A DNA stretch of 64,000 nt, taken from the NCBI RefSeq assembly GCF_006345805.1, contig NC_043004.1:69564001-69628000 (forward strand), written 5' to 3'. This stretch comes from Octopus sinensis. Taxonomy: Eukaryota. The notes under the pieces are model-generated. The model did no database searches. It saw only the letters and a list, made by a program, of their open reading frames with translations, and had not been told where the DNA came from. Positions 38,463-51,242 of the stretch are shown here, one piece after another; positions within the stretch are counted from its first letter, which is position 1, and every line of letters begins with the position of its first letter. Made by a program: the position numbers and the translations under genes.

Positions 38463-38576
38463 GCTTATAGCACCTAGGTTTCCCAAGCGGTTACCCAAGT
38501 ACTCACTAGGCTCAATGTTGCTTAACTTCAGTGATCGGACAAGAACCGGTGCTTTCAACGTGATATGGCTGTAAGC
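38463..38576 (-). pseudogene. 5S rRNA pseudogene
   Basis: Minus strand gcttacagccatatcacgttgaaagcaccggttcttgtccgatcactgaagttaagcaac...gtacttgggtaaccgcttgggaaacctaggtgctataagc matches the eukaryotic 5S consensus, with about 5 nt deleted around box C (normally CTTGGATGGG) and several CpG transitions. Confidence 0.88.
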
Positions 38577-38618
38577 ATTGTTGTGATTATTATTATTATT
38601 ATTATTATTATTATCATT

Positions 38619-39052
38619 AAGGCAGCAAGCTGGCAGAATCGTTAGCACACTGAACGAAATGCTTAGCAGTATTTTGCCTGTTGCTATGTTCTGAGTTCAA
38701 ATTCCAACGAGATCAACTTTGCCTTTCATTCTTTCAGAGTTGATGAATGAAGTACCAGTGAAACATTGGGGTCGATGTAATCAACTGGTCCCTTCCCACC
38801 AAACTTCATGTCTTATTCCTTTAGTAAAAAGGATTATTATTATTGGTGGCAAGTTGACAGAATCATTAGCACGTTGGGCGAAATGCATAACGGTATTTTG
38901 TCTGCCATTATGTTCTGAGTTCAAATTCAGCTTTGCCTTTCATCTTTCCGGGGTCAATAAAATTAGTACCAGTTGAACACTGGGGTCGATGTGATCAACT
39001 TATCCCTTATCCCCTCCTCTAAAATTGCTGCCCTTGTGGAAAAATTTGAAAC

Positions 39053-39096
<44 letters not shown>

Positions 39097-39340
39097 GGGT
39101 TGCAAACTGGCAGAACCATTAGCACACCAGACAAAATACTTAGTGTCATTTCGTCTGTCTTTACATTCTGAGTTCAAGTTCAGCCAAGGTCAACTTTGCC
39201 TTCCATCTTTTTGGGGTTGATGTAATCAACTTAAACCTTCCTCTGAAATTGCTGACATTGCTCCAAAATCTGAAATTGTTGTTATTGTTAAGGCAGTGAA
39301 CTGACAGAATCGTTAGCACTCCAAGCAAAATGCTTAAAGT
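38619..39340 (+). mobile_element. Head-to-tail array of three full and one partial family B SINEs separated by (ATT)n
   Basis: Heads at about 38619, 38845, 39096 and 39290. Confidence 0.8.
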
Positions 39341-39795
39341 TGCTGTGGAGTACCAAAACAAATGTTGTGATCTATTAAAGCTTGATATCTTCCATATCAC
39401 ATGTTATATTACTTATGTATTATGTCAGTTGGTAGGTAAGCAGGTAGCATTAACACCATGTGACTTGAGCTGACCAATAGAGGCTTAACATCCAAAAGCC
39501 ATCTTGAATTTGTCTCAAATCTCTCTAATATCTGATGAGATGACCACATCCTTCATGCCCACCAAGCCATATGGAGCTGAGTCAAACTGTAATTGAACAT
39601 ACACACATGTTTCTGAGTTCAAATTCTACTGAGGTCAGCTTGTCTTTGAACCTTCCAGAATCCTTAAAATAAGTAGCAGTCAAGTATTCTAAGTCTGTGA
39701 TTTATTAATTTACCTTACCTCTTCTCCAAATTCTCTTGCCTTGTTCCAATTTTCAGAAACCCTTATTTACTTAATATTCCCTTGTTTCTTTGCAG

Positions 39796-39905
39796 CCCTG
39801 ACATACAAGTATATCGTTGAACAACAGCCTGTTGGTCGAGAACTGTTCCGCCAATTCTGCCAAAACAGATCGGAGAGCAAATTTATAGAATTCTTAGATG
39901 CTGTG
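39796..39905 (+). CDS. GRK5: Internal coding exon of a G-protein-coupled receptor kinase, GRK4/5/6 (Gprk2) subfamily, RGS-homology domain
   Basis: Acceptor cccttgtttctttgcag and donor GTG/gtaagt. After 2 nt (phase 1) it reads LTYKYIVEQQPVGRELFRQFCQNRSESKFIEFLDAV, matching the GRK5/6 motif QPIGRLLFRQFC...FLD.V and fly Gprk2 QQPIGRELFRLFC as I recall them. Phase-1 start and phase-0 end fit vertebrate GRK5 exon 3. The symbol denotes the family, since invertebrates have one GRK4/5/6 orthologue. Confidence 0.9.
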
Positions 39906-40912
39906 GTAAGTTTAGGCAACTAATTACTAAGACGTCTGTATTACTAATGAACATTCATTTAGATATAATAATTAATATTATGCTTAGTTTAAACACAAAT
40001 ACAAACATGCTCATCTATCATCATAATCAACATCATTGTTTTAACATCCATTTTACCATGCCTGTATGGGTTAGATGAAATTATTTGAGGTACTTTTTCT
40101 ATGGCTAGATGCTTCTCCTGTCTTCAAACCTCACCTGTTTCCAAGCAAGGTAATATAACCCTTAGTCTTGCAAACGTGAGCAGCAAAATGGCCAGACATG
40201 TTTTCACAGGAGATTGCAAATAAACACCTTCATTCAAGTATGCCATATCAAGACAAGAAGACACTAAAGCACATTCACACCTGTACACACACATGATACA
40301 CACATACACAATCATATACATATGTGGCCTTGGTTAGTGTTAGGAAGGGCATCCAGCCATAAAAACCCTGCCAAAACAGAAACAGTAGCCTGGAGTAGTC
40401 TTCTACCATCCTACCCATGCATACATGGAAGATGGACATTAAATGATGATGATGATGATTTATAAGCAAACTTTGAAGTGCTAAGTGAGTTGGTATTTTA
40501 TAGAAAATACAGGGAATCTCAGAGAATAGCTGTGAAAACAGCTTAGAAGATTGGTTAAATACCTTTAGAAGACAAATAAATGTAGTCAGCAAGCCAATAC
40601 GGAAAATCAGATCTGGTCACTTTCCTCCGTCTTTTAAGGGTATTTGCTCAAACTTCTAAGCTGTTTTCACAGCCATTCTGCATTTGAGATTTCCTTTATT
40701 GTAATATTTACATAAATACATACATAGATGCATGCATACATACGAACATACTTACTTACTTACACACACACACACACATCTTTTAGTTTTCAACTGTCAA
40801 ATTCACTCGCAAGGCATTGTTCAGCTCAGGGTTATAGTAGAAGACATTTAATCAAGATGCTGTGCAATAGGATTAACCCTATATGTATGTGTGTGTGTGT
40901 GTGTGTGTGTGG

Positions 40913-41560
40913 CAATGACTAGTGACCGGGACCTTTGGAAATATGCTGAGCTTGAGAAGACCTGGCAAACCAAGTGAGACCATAACTTTGTGGCCTATGC
41001 CAAGGGTGTAACCAGCCCATTTATGCGTACCTTTCCTTCATTGGACACTAAACTCTGCTTGCGAAGACCTGTTGAGGCAAATGAAATCGAAATCAAATTC
41101 AATGACTGGCTTCCATGCTAGTGGAGTGCTAAGAGTGCCATCCAAGCGTGATCGTTGCCAGAGCAGCAAACTGGCTTCTGTTCCGGTGGCACGTAAAAAG
41201 CACCATTTGAGCATGATCGCTACCTGTGTCACCTTACTGGTGGCATGCGCTGGTGGCACGTGAAAAAACATTCGAGCGAGGTTGTTGCCAGTGCCGCTGG
41301 ACTGGCTCCTGTGCAGGTGGCACGTAAAAAACACCATTTGAGCATGGCCATTGCCAGTACCGCCTGACTAACCCTTGTGCTGGTGGCACATAAAAGCACC
41401 CACTACACTCTCGGAGTAGTTGGCATTAGGAAGGGCATCCAGCTGTAGAAACTCTGCCAAATCAGATTGGAGCCTGGTGCAACCATCTGGTTCGCCAGCC
41501 CTCAGTCAAATCGTCCAACCCATGCTAGTATGGAATGCGGACATTAAAAGATGATGATGA
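40913..41560 (+). mobile_element. RTE LINE 3' fragment including the ORF end
   Basis: Encodes ...DRDLWKYAELEKTWQTK*, then 3' UTR units, core and (GAT)n tail. Confidence 0.85.
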
Positions 41561-42594
41561 TATATATATAGGTTTGTATATGCATATATATATACGTGTG
41601 TGTATATATTTATATGTATATATTTGTGTGTCTGTGTTTGCCGCCACCCCGCCATCGCTTGACAAGCAATGCTGGTGTGTTTACGTTCCCATAACTGGGC
41701 TTACGAAGAATAAGTCATGGGGTCAATTTCTTCAACCAAAATCCTTTAAGGCAGTGCTTTAGCATGGCCAGTCAAATGACTGACACAAGTAAAAGAATAA
41801 AAGAATAATGTGTTATTTAAATATTTATTTGTAAACACTACGTTTGATTGATATTTTGACTGTTATTTCTAGCATGTGGAGTAACTGAATTGAGGCAGTC
41901 TGGTTGATTAGGAATATCTTTTGTAGAATTACTTTTAGTAGACAACCAATAATGTGAAGATAAATGTAATTCTTTGTGCATAAAGGCAGATTAGTTTGGC
42001 ATATAGCCAAAACTAATATCGAATTTTACATTTTAGTTCTTCTTTCTCCTGTTTCTTGCAGTAAATTTCTCATAAATATGTTATTTAACACAAGGAGGAC
42101 ATGTCGAATTCTAAAAATTTTATTCAATAAATATTTATTTTTACTTCATAAATTGATTTCTAAATTTAACACAATTATCAATTTTGGTGTGTGTGCATGT
42201 TTGTGTGAGTCTATGTAGTCAATTGAAATAATCCCTCACAACAAGTTGTCCCTGGGTGGAAAAACTTACAATCAAAAAACATTCTAGCCAATAGCATTCT
42301 ATCTCTCAGTCAGTGTATCAACAATAAAATGTACAGCTTGTAGTATAGCTAACATGAGATAGCATTTTTTGTATTGGCATATATGTATGTGCATATATTC
42401 AGGATTTTTTACTAAGCATTTGTATTGTATATAAATGCCTAAGCTGTTTGCTCGGCAACAAAGAACCAGTCTCACTTCTGTTGCAGTCAATACATTTTCA
42501 GTAGAAATATATATGAATTCATTTTTGATACGATGATGATGATATGTATTTGCCATTCATTGGACAAGTGTAGTGTTTTACCAATTGAGAAAAG

Positions 42595-42830
42595 TTGCAG
42601 CAAGTGAGACTCAAATTTGTAACAACTGAGGCTCACATCTATGGCAGCTGAAGTTCATATCTGTAATCTGTAACAGTTAAAGCTTAAATCTGGCAGCTAA
42701 GACACAAATCTATGGAAGCTGAGACTCAAATCTCTGGCAACGTAGACTCAAATGTATAGCAACTAAGGCTCAAATCTGCAGCTACTGAGGCTCAAATTGT
42801 AACAGCTAAGTCTCAAATCTATCACAGCTA
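42595..42830. repeat. Degenerate minisatellite of about 21-22 bp
   Basis: Recurrent gagRctcaaatct..gcaRct units, about 10 copies. Confidence 0.7.
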
Positions 42831-43159
42831 AAGTTTTTCTCAAGGTCACATAGTCGGCACATTCTCCACATTCTAACAAACACCTCTTATCATTACACCT
42901 CTCATTTACTTCAATTTTCTCAAATATCTTCTTTTTATTTCATTGGTTTGTATAGATATATATATATATATATATATCTTCTTACTCACTTCCTAGCATA
43001 CATTTATTTTAAATATTTTCTTTTTTTTTTAATCATATTTCTACTTTCTTCCATTTAGAAATTAGTCCTACTAATTAGAATTAATAAGGCTAATAGTAAT
43101 TAGTGTTTCAAATTTTTGGATATGGTCAAATCTTTTTTTTTTATGTTAGTGGAGGAGAT

Positions 43160-43715
43160 AAATCAGTCCTAATGTTTAATTAGTACTTGCTTTATTGACC
43201 CCACTAAGGAAGAAAAGGTCCAAGTTGACTCAACGGGATTTGAACTCAAACTGCCACTAAGCATGTTGTCCAACATGCTAGGGATTCCACCAGCTCATCA
43301 CCTTAAATAATAATGATACTTTCTTATTTTGGCACAAGGCCAGTAATTTTGCAGGGAATGGGAAAGTCAGTTACTTACACCCCATTATTTGATTGATCTG
43401 TCATCCTTTCAGGGTCAATAAAATAAAGTACCGAAGTTGACCATGGCAAAATTTCAACTCAGACCTTATGATTTAGAAGAAATGTCGCTAAGCATTTTGT
43501 CTGCTCACTACCATAAGGATAATAATAATCACCCTTTCTACTATAGGCACAAGGCCTGAAATTTTGAGGGAGAGGGTTACTTGATTACATCGACCCCAGC
43601 ACTTAACTAGTACTTGTCTCTGAAAGGATGAAAAACATAGTCAACTTCAGCAGAATTTGAACTCAGAATGTAAAGATGGACAAAATGCTGCTGGGAGTTC
43701 TACCAGCTCACTACC

Positions 43716-43757
<42 letters not shown>

Positions 43758-44140
43758 TTTTAGCACAAGACTAGCAATTTTGGTGGAGGGAGATAGTTGA
43801 TTACATCAACCCCTGTACTGGGGTTCACTGATCCCAAAAGGACTAAAGGAAAAAGTCAATCTCAGTAGAATTTGAACTCAGAACACAGACAGGTAAAATG
43901 CCAGCATTCTAACCATTCTGCCAGTTTATTGCCTTACTCTTTTACTTGTTTCAGTCATTTGACTGTGGCCATGCCTTTAGTCAAGCAAATCGACCCCAGG
44001 ACTTATTCTTTGTAAGCCTAGTACTTATTCTATCGGTCTCTTTTGCCAAACCGCTAAGTTACGGGGATGTAAACCCACCAGCATTGGTTGTCAAGCAATG
44101 TTGAAGACGGAAACACAGATACACAAACACACACACACAC

Positions 44141-44196
<56 letters not shown>

Positions 44197-44995
44197 GACG
44201 GGCTTCTTTCAGTTTCCGTCTACCAAATCCACTCACAAGGCTTTGGTCAGCCCGAGGCTATAGTAGAAGACACTTGCCTAAGGTGCCATGCAGTGGGTCT
44301 GAACCCGAAACCATGTGGTTGGTAAGCAAGCTACTTACCACACAGCCACTCCTGCGCCTATAAATCAGAAAAAATGCCACTAAGCATTTTGTCCAGCACT
44401 CTAATGATTCTACCAGTATGCTGTCTAATAATAATAATAATAATAATAATAATCCTCTCTACTAAAGGCACAAGGGCTGAAATTTGTGGTGGGTGGGGGA
44501 TAAGTCAATTACATCAACCTCAGTGTTTCACTGGTACTTTATTTACTGACCCTGAAAGGATGAAAGGCAAAGTCGACCTTTGCAGAATTTGAACTTAGAA
44601 CACAGTGACAGGCAAAATACTGCTAAGCATTTAGTCCAGAGTGTTAACAATTCTGCCAGCTTGCCACCTTCAAATAATAATGATGATGACGACGATGACA
44701 GTTTCAAACTTTAGCGCAAGGCCAGTAATTTCGAGGGAGTGAATAGGTTGATTACATTGGCCCCCAGTGTTCAACTTGTATTTATTTTATTGACCCTGAA
44801 GGGTGGAAAGGCAAAGTCAACTTCAACAGAATTTGAACTCAGAACATACAGATGAATGAAATACCACTAAGCATTTTGTCTAGCTTGCTAACCAGGTTTT
44901 GTATTAAAAGCACAAGGCCTGAAACTTTGAGGGGGAAAGGGGGCCAGTTGATTACATTGACCCCAGTGCGTAACTGGTACTTATTTTATCGACCC
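43160..44995 (-). mobile_element. Array of about eight family B SINEs (minus strand) with one family A SINE at 43936-44358
   Basis: Repeated gaaaggatgaaagg..gtcaac...gaatttgaactcagaa blocks separated by (AAT)n. Confidence 0.8.
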
Positions 44996-45139
44996 CAATT
45001 TAATAATAATAATAATAATAACAATAATAATAATGTACATCTTCCTATATACTGTCCCTTGTTTCTTCTGTTGAGGTTGTTAGCTACGTTCCCTTTTAGT
45101 TTCCTTGCAAAAAGGGAGTAGAAGATAACTCTTTACTCT

Positions 45140-45348
45140 CACTCTTTTACTTATTTCAGTCATTTGACTGTGGCCATGCTTGAGCACCGCCTTAAGTCGA
45201 GCAAATCGCCCCAGGACTTATTCTTTGTAAGCCTAGTACTTATTCTATCGGTTCTCTTTTGCCAAACCACTGAGTTACAGGGACGTAAACACCCCATAAT
45301 AGGTTGTCAAGTGATGTTGGGGGTACAAACACAGACACACAAGCATAT

Positions 45349-45383
<35 letters not shown>

Positions 45384-45546
45384 CATATATATGGTGGGCT
45401 TCTTTTAGTTTCCGTCTACCAAATCCACTCACAAGGCTTTGGTCGGCCCAATGTTATAGTAGAAGACACTTGCCCAAGGTGCCATGCAGTGGGACTGAAC
45501 CCGGAACCATGTGGTTGGTAAGCAAGCTACTTACCACACAGCCACT
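45140..45546 (-). mobile_element. SINE family A copy
   Basis: Bipartite consensus. Confidence 0.85.
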
Positions 45547-46074
45547 TCTTTTCTTTTTCGTTTTTAAGTACATAAAAATGACACGTGGAACCATGAACAA
45601 TTGCATTTCTTCCAGCTATTTTATAATTTGGATCATTAAAATATCACAAACTCTCTTCAGGTGTATAGCAATTAATTTTCAGATTTCTCTCCTTATATCA
45701 TGAATGTAAATGATAGCCATCCGGTTAGCAACACAAGGATCTCAGTCTTCTCTTCCTTGTGCATGTATCTATATCACTTAGAAATAAATACATACATACC
45801 TGAGCATATGTATGTGCAATATATATGTGTGTGTGTGTACATGTGCATGTAGATTTGTATGTGTGTGTGTATATGTGTGTATGCGTGTGTGTACGTATAT
45901 GTGTATATGCATGTGTGTATGTATATGTGTGTACATGTATGTGTGTGTATATATGTGTATATGCATGTGTGTATGTATATGTGTGTACATCTATGTGTGT
46001 GTATATATGTGTATATGCATGTGTGTCTGTGTATGTGTGTACATGTATGTGTATATATATTCTTTCTTTTTCTT

Positions 46075-46470
46075 TTTTTACTTGTTTCAGTCATTTGACT
46101 GCGGCCATGCTGGAGCACCGCCATTAGTTGAACAAATCAACCCCAGGACTTATTCTTTGTAAGCCCAGTACTTATTCTATTGGTCTCTTTTGCTGAACCG
46201 CTAAGTGACGGGGACGTAAACACACCAGCATCGGTTGTCAAGCAATGCTAGGAGGACAAACACAGAGACACAAACACACACACACATATATATATATACA
46301 TATATACGACAGGCTTCTTTCAGTTTCCGTCTACCAAATCCACTCACAAGGCATTGGTCGGCCCGGGGCTATAGCAGAAGACACTTGCCCAAGATGCCAC
46401 GCAGTGGGACTGAACCCGGAACCATGTGGTTGGTTAGCAAGCTACTTACCACAGAGCCACTCCTGCACCT
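46075..46470 (-). mobile_element. SINE family A, young subfamily
   Basis: Full length with CpGs retained; diagnostic agcagaagac, aagatgcc and ggttagcaag. Confidence 0.88.
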
Positions 46471-46505
46471 ATATATATATATATATACACACGTATGTGT
46501 GTATG

Positions 46506-48078
46506 CACTGTGTTTCAAAGTATTAACAGCGCAACATCTTTTTATTTTATTTTAAAACTTCTTGTTGAAATCCAACAAAATTTTCACAGAATGATGGCAT
46601 CAGTTCTATGTGCATGGTGTATAAAAAAACATGAGGTTCTGTAAAACAACTCAGAAACTACAGCCATTTACCAAATTTACATAAACTTTCACTGTTTCAG
46701 ATTATTAGCATGGTGTAATTAAGAGTCATGCAAATAAGAAAATATGAATTTGATTGATTGATGTACTTACTGAAATAAACACATGTAGTCATAAATATGG
46801 AAAAAATAGAAATAAGCAAATAAACAGCATTCAAAAATGATTGAACTGCTTAGTAAGGGATATATTAGCCTTTGTTTGAAATGTTGAAAAAGGTGCTGGC
46901 CCATGGAACATGTTAATTTCTGGATCTCCTCTGATGTTACACCATGAGGTACATGCACCATTGGTAGCTATAGTTCATCCTTGCTCCTAAATTGGTGTCC
47001 ATTCTTGTAAATTCATTGCTTTGGAATACACCACAAGTTTTCTATTGGGTTCAAGTTGGGGGAACAGGCAAGCCATTTCATCTTCCAAGGTTCACAGAAG
47101 TCTGATTGTTGCAGATATTCTGTAGTTTTCTTTGCTGAGTGCAAGGGCGCATTATCTTGCATAAATATTATGGTTGCCTTGAAGGGGATCCTTTGCTTTT
47201 TTTAACCAAGATTCAAGGTGTTCCCTCAGAAAGGCTATATAAACATCCACAGTTACTTTAACACCATCAGGCACTTTCCAAGGACCAACCATAATACCTA
47301 TAATAATACCTGCCCAAATCATGATGCCTCCTCTTCCTTGTTGGCATCTCAAGCGTTGATAATGACCTCATCCATTTGCAACCCATCTCTTGCTTCAACC
47401 ATCAGGTCCATAAAGGATAGTACGGGTTTCATCCGTAAACAGAAGTTTTTAAAAGTTGACCGTCATGTTATCTTCTGTCCACTTCAGATGAATTTTGTGT
47501 ATTTTGTGTAAAGGAGGCCTTTTAACTGATGTCACTGGTTTACCAACCATTTTCAGAAGATGACATTGAGTAGTTCTGGATACAGTTGCTTCACCAATGC
47601 ACTTGAAAAGTTCTCCACTTGTAAGACTTGGGTTCTTTAAAGCTTCACACTTAATTTGTGACTGAAAATGTTGAGAAACAGCCCTCAACTAGCCCTTGTC
47701 AGCTCTCTTACACATCTTCAAAGGAGTTGTGACAAATTTTTTCACATTTTGGTGATATCTTCCAATTATTTTAGATATTTCTAATGTTGATTTATCTTTT
47801 GCAACTTTAGAAGTAATTACAGATTTCTCTCAAGTCACATTCACAACCCATATTTACTTGATTATCAGACCATTCTTTAATAATTTGGAACACTGAAAGT
47901 TCGTGGAAATCATGCAAATGGCTGTGGGTTTTTTTTACGGTTGTGGGAAACCTCCTGTTTTTCCACATACCACACACACTTAACTCTTGCTACCATTGTG
48001 TGGAAATTTTGCTGAATTCCAATAAGTAGTTTTTAAATAAAATAAAATGTTACGTCATTAATAATTTGGAATGCACTG
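46506..48078 (-). mobile_element. Decayed Tc1-like transposon
   Basis: Minus-strand remnants CQQGRGGIMIWAGI, QDNAP.H and a SPNLNPIENLW-like motif. Right TIR ataatttggaatgcactg followed by TA; left boundary uncertain. Confidence 0.78.
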
Positions 48079-48112
48079 TATATATATATATATATATATT
48101 TATATACATACA

Positions 48113-48375
48113 AAGTATACTCGCAGCAAGTATAGATGGGCTGGACACGTCACCCGGCTCACCGATAATCGGTGGATGCACGCAGTTGTCGAGTGGTACC
48201 CGCGTGAGCGGAAAAGACCACTCGGAAGACCTCCACAACGGTGGAGTGACGATTTCAAGAGGACGATTGGGATCACGTGGATGAGAAAGGCGCGATCCAG
48301 AGAGGAGTGGACAGCATGCTGTGACCAGCGGTGTCAAATGGACGCCTGGACTGGTCGGTCAAAGTGATCAAAGTG
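48113..48375 (+). mobile_element. 3' fragment of a second RTE family
   Basis: KYRWAGHVTRLTDNRWMHAVVEWYPRERKRPLGRPPQRWSDD; tail aaagtgatcaaagtgat; CpG-rich. Confidence 0.8.
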
Positions 48376-48978
48376 ATATATATGTATGTATGTATGTATG
48401 TCATTATTATCATTATCATCATCAAACATCTGCTTTCCATGCTGGCATAGGTCAGATGGTTTGAGAGGAGCTGGCAAGCCAGAATATTGCACCTTGTTCT
48501 GTTTACTTTGACATGGTTTCTGCAGCAGGATGCCTTTCCTAATGCCAACCACTTCACAGAGTGTACTGAGTGAATTATACATTGCACCAACACCAGTGGT
48601 GTTACTAACTACCTTGCAAAACAAGACCCCCCTTCCGTTGATGGGTGGAGGAGAGTAGCTTTGTGGTAGGAGAGGTTAAAATATAATTGAGAGACAGAAA
48701 CAGGTGTCTTTCTGTAAAGGAGATATGTGGCTGCCCAAGCAGAAAAAATAGAGAGAGAAGATGATGATGATGATGAAGCTGTGTTTTGGTACGCCAAGTT
48801 ACTGGGAGGGGGTCTATGAATAGTACAGCAGGTTGGATAGGATGAGTGAGCAGGAGTATTCACAAGAGGGTGAAGGGAACTGGAAGGGGAGAGAATGTGG
48901 TGATGAATGAACACAGTCAGAAGGAGGGAGGGTATTAACAAGATATGTTGAAGGAGTGATTTTTTTATCAGGGACAAA

Positions 48979-49013
<35 letters not shown>

Positions 49014-49192
49014 CGCAGGAGTGGCTGTCTGGTAAGTAGCTTGTCTACCAACCACATGGTTCCGGGTTCAGTCCCACTGCGTGGCATCTTGGGCAAGTGT
49101 CTTCTGCTATAGACTCGGGCCAACCAAAGCCTTGTGAGTGGATTTGGTAGACGGAAACTGAAAGAAGCCTGTCGTATATATGTATATATATA

Positions 49193-49225
<33 letters not shown>

Positions 49226-49440
49226 GCGTGTGTGTGTTTGTGTGTCTGTGTTTGTCCCCTAGCATTGCTTGACAACCGATGCTGGTGTGTTTACGTCCCC
49301 GTCACTTAGCGGTTCAGCAAAAGGGACCGATAGAATAAGTACTGGGCTTACAAAAGAATAAGTCCCGGGGTTGAGTTGCTCGATTAAAGGTGGTGCTCCA
49401 GCATGACTGCAGTCAAATGACTGAAACAAGTAAAAGAATA
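49014..49440 (+). mobile_element. SINE family A, young subfamily
   Basis: Full length; near reverse complement of 46075-46470. Confidence 0.88.
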
Positions 49441-49857
49441 AAAAAGAATATATTAAATTCAAATTACAATGAACGTAAACAAACAAACAAACAAAGTTTG
49501 CTTTAGAAGAGTTGAGATATCTTAGAAAGTTAAAGAAGTGATTTTAAGTTCTCAAACACAGGATAATGCTAATAATATAGCCTGAACAGGATAAGCTACC
49601 CCTATTTTGCAGAAAAAGGTGTTGGTAGCCGGCTGTGAAACACAAACTCATACTTCCGTGATTACGTGGCGCGGTGCTCTGAAGCAGTAAGCTAAATTGC
49701 CCACACCAAAAATTCTTCCACAAGTTTAAGATATATAGAAATCTCGCTTTATGAGACGCTATCATATGTTAAATTAAAATGATGATGAACATAAACAAAC
49801 GAAGTTTCCTTCAGAAGCATTGAGATCCTCATATATATATATATACATATATACATA

Positions 49858-50068
49858 CAAGGGGTTGGTGAAAAGTTCTTGGCCTTGGATAAAAGAAAAT
49901 ACAGGAAGATTTTATTCAATAAATTCCCCTCTCAGATTCACAAACTTATTGCAATGGTCCAAAAGTCCTTCAGTTTTTCTAAGCCCTGTAAAAGAAATCG
50001 GAAGATTGGCTCTCCAACCAGGCCTTTCATGATACCCTTAAAGCCAGGAACTTTTGAGCACCCACTAG
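49858..50068 (-). mobile_element. Mariner-derived MITE, copy 3
   Basis: Reverse orientation of the 19804 and 20088 copies. Confidence 0.72.
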
Positions 50069-50148
50069 TGTGTGTGTGTGTGTGTATACATAAATACATA
50101 CATACATACATGCATGTCTAGAGAGAACCCATGATGTAGCCTCTTGAG

Positions 50149-50451
50149 CAATGATTCTTAACTGGGGTCCACATACGCAAAATAGTAAATTGGGTCCTCA
50201 GTATTAATTTAAGGATCCATGAGAAATTTTGCCAGAGATCTGTTTATTGCAAGAAATAGCTAGGTTTCTTTCTCTAATGTTTTACATAGTTCAACCTACA
50301 CAATTTAATGGTTAATGAACGAAATAGTAATTTTGAAAGAAGCATCTATGAAATTAGATTTTAAGCACCAAATGGCTCTGGGGGTCCACTGGAATAAAAT
50401 AGTACCCAGAGGGGTCCATAGATAAAAAAAATAAATGGTTGAGAATCACTG
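50149..50451. mobile_element. hAT (Charlie-type) MITE
   Basis: TIRs caatgattcttaac / gttgagaatcactg; 8-bp TSD ctcttgag / ctctagag (NTCTAGAN-like). Confidence 0.78.
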
Positions 50452-50873
50452 CTCTAGAGGGTCACTCATTAGTTATACACCTATGTATAACACATACACT
50501 GAAGAAATATGCATCCACCCACACAGCACCACATACACACACATACAACATATGCACCTACGCATAATATATATACCCATTGCAACATATTTATGCATTG
50601 AAGCAACATATATTTACAACTAAATACAACACATACATACACTCGCAACACGTATACACCAACACAACACACACATATATATACTCACACACAACACAAA
50701 TCTATGCACCTATACACAACACACAAATTAAACGCCCAGTGCACAGCATACATATATGTACATTCACACGCAATACATATACACCTATATACAACATATA
50801 CATATCCTCGTGTCTGCAGACATGCGCTTCATACATGCACACACAGCAAATATAAACAGATGCATTCACATGG

Positions 50874-50926
<53 letters not shown>

Positions 50927-51196
50927 CTTCCCACGCTTACACCCACAAATGTTCTGATATAAATCAAAAAGTAAGCCTCTTAAATAAGGCTTAAATAAGG
51001 AAAGGACATATCAGATAAAATAGTTTTTCATAGTCTTCTTTTTTTTTGTGGGTGGTCACAGCTGGAATGGTTTGATCTTAGGTCTGATTGATTAGTGTTC
51101 ATCTGGAGTTAAACAACATATGTATCTATGTGTGTTTATCTATCTATCTGTCTATCTATCTATCTATCTGTCAGTGTGTGTGTATATATATGTATA

Positions 51197-51242
<46 letters not shown>

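Noticed and set aside
38463-38576. Functional 5S rRNA gene
   Set aside because: Deletion in the box C region, CpG decay, solitary copy and no clear T-run terminator; called a pseudogene instead.
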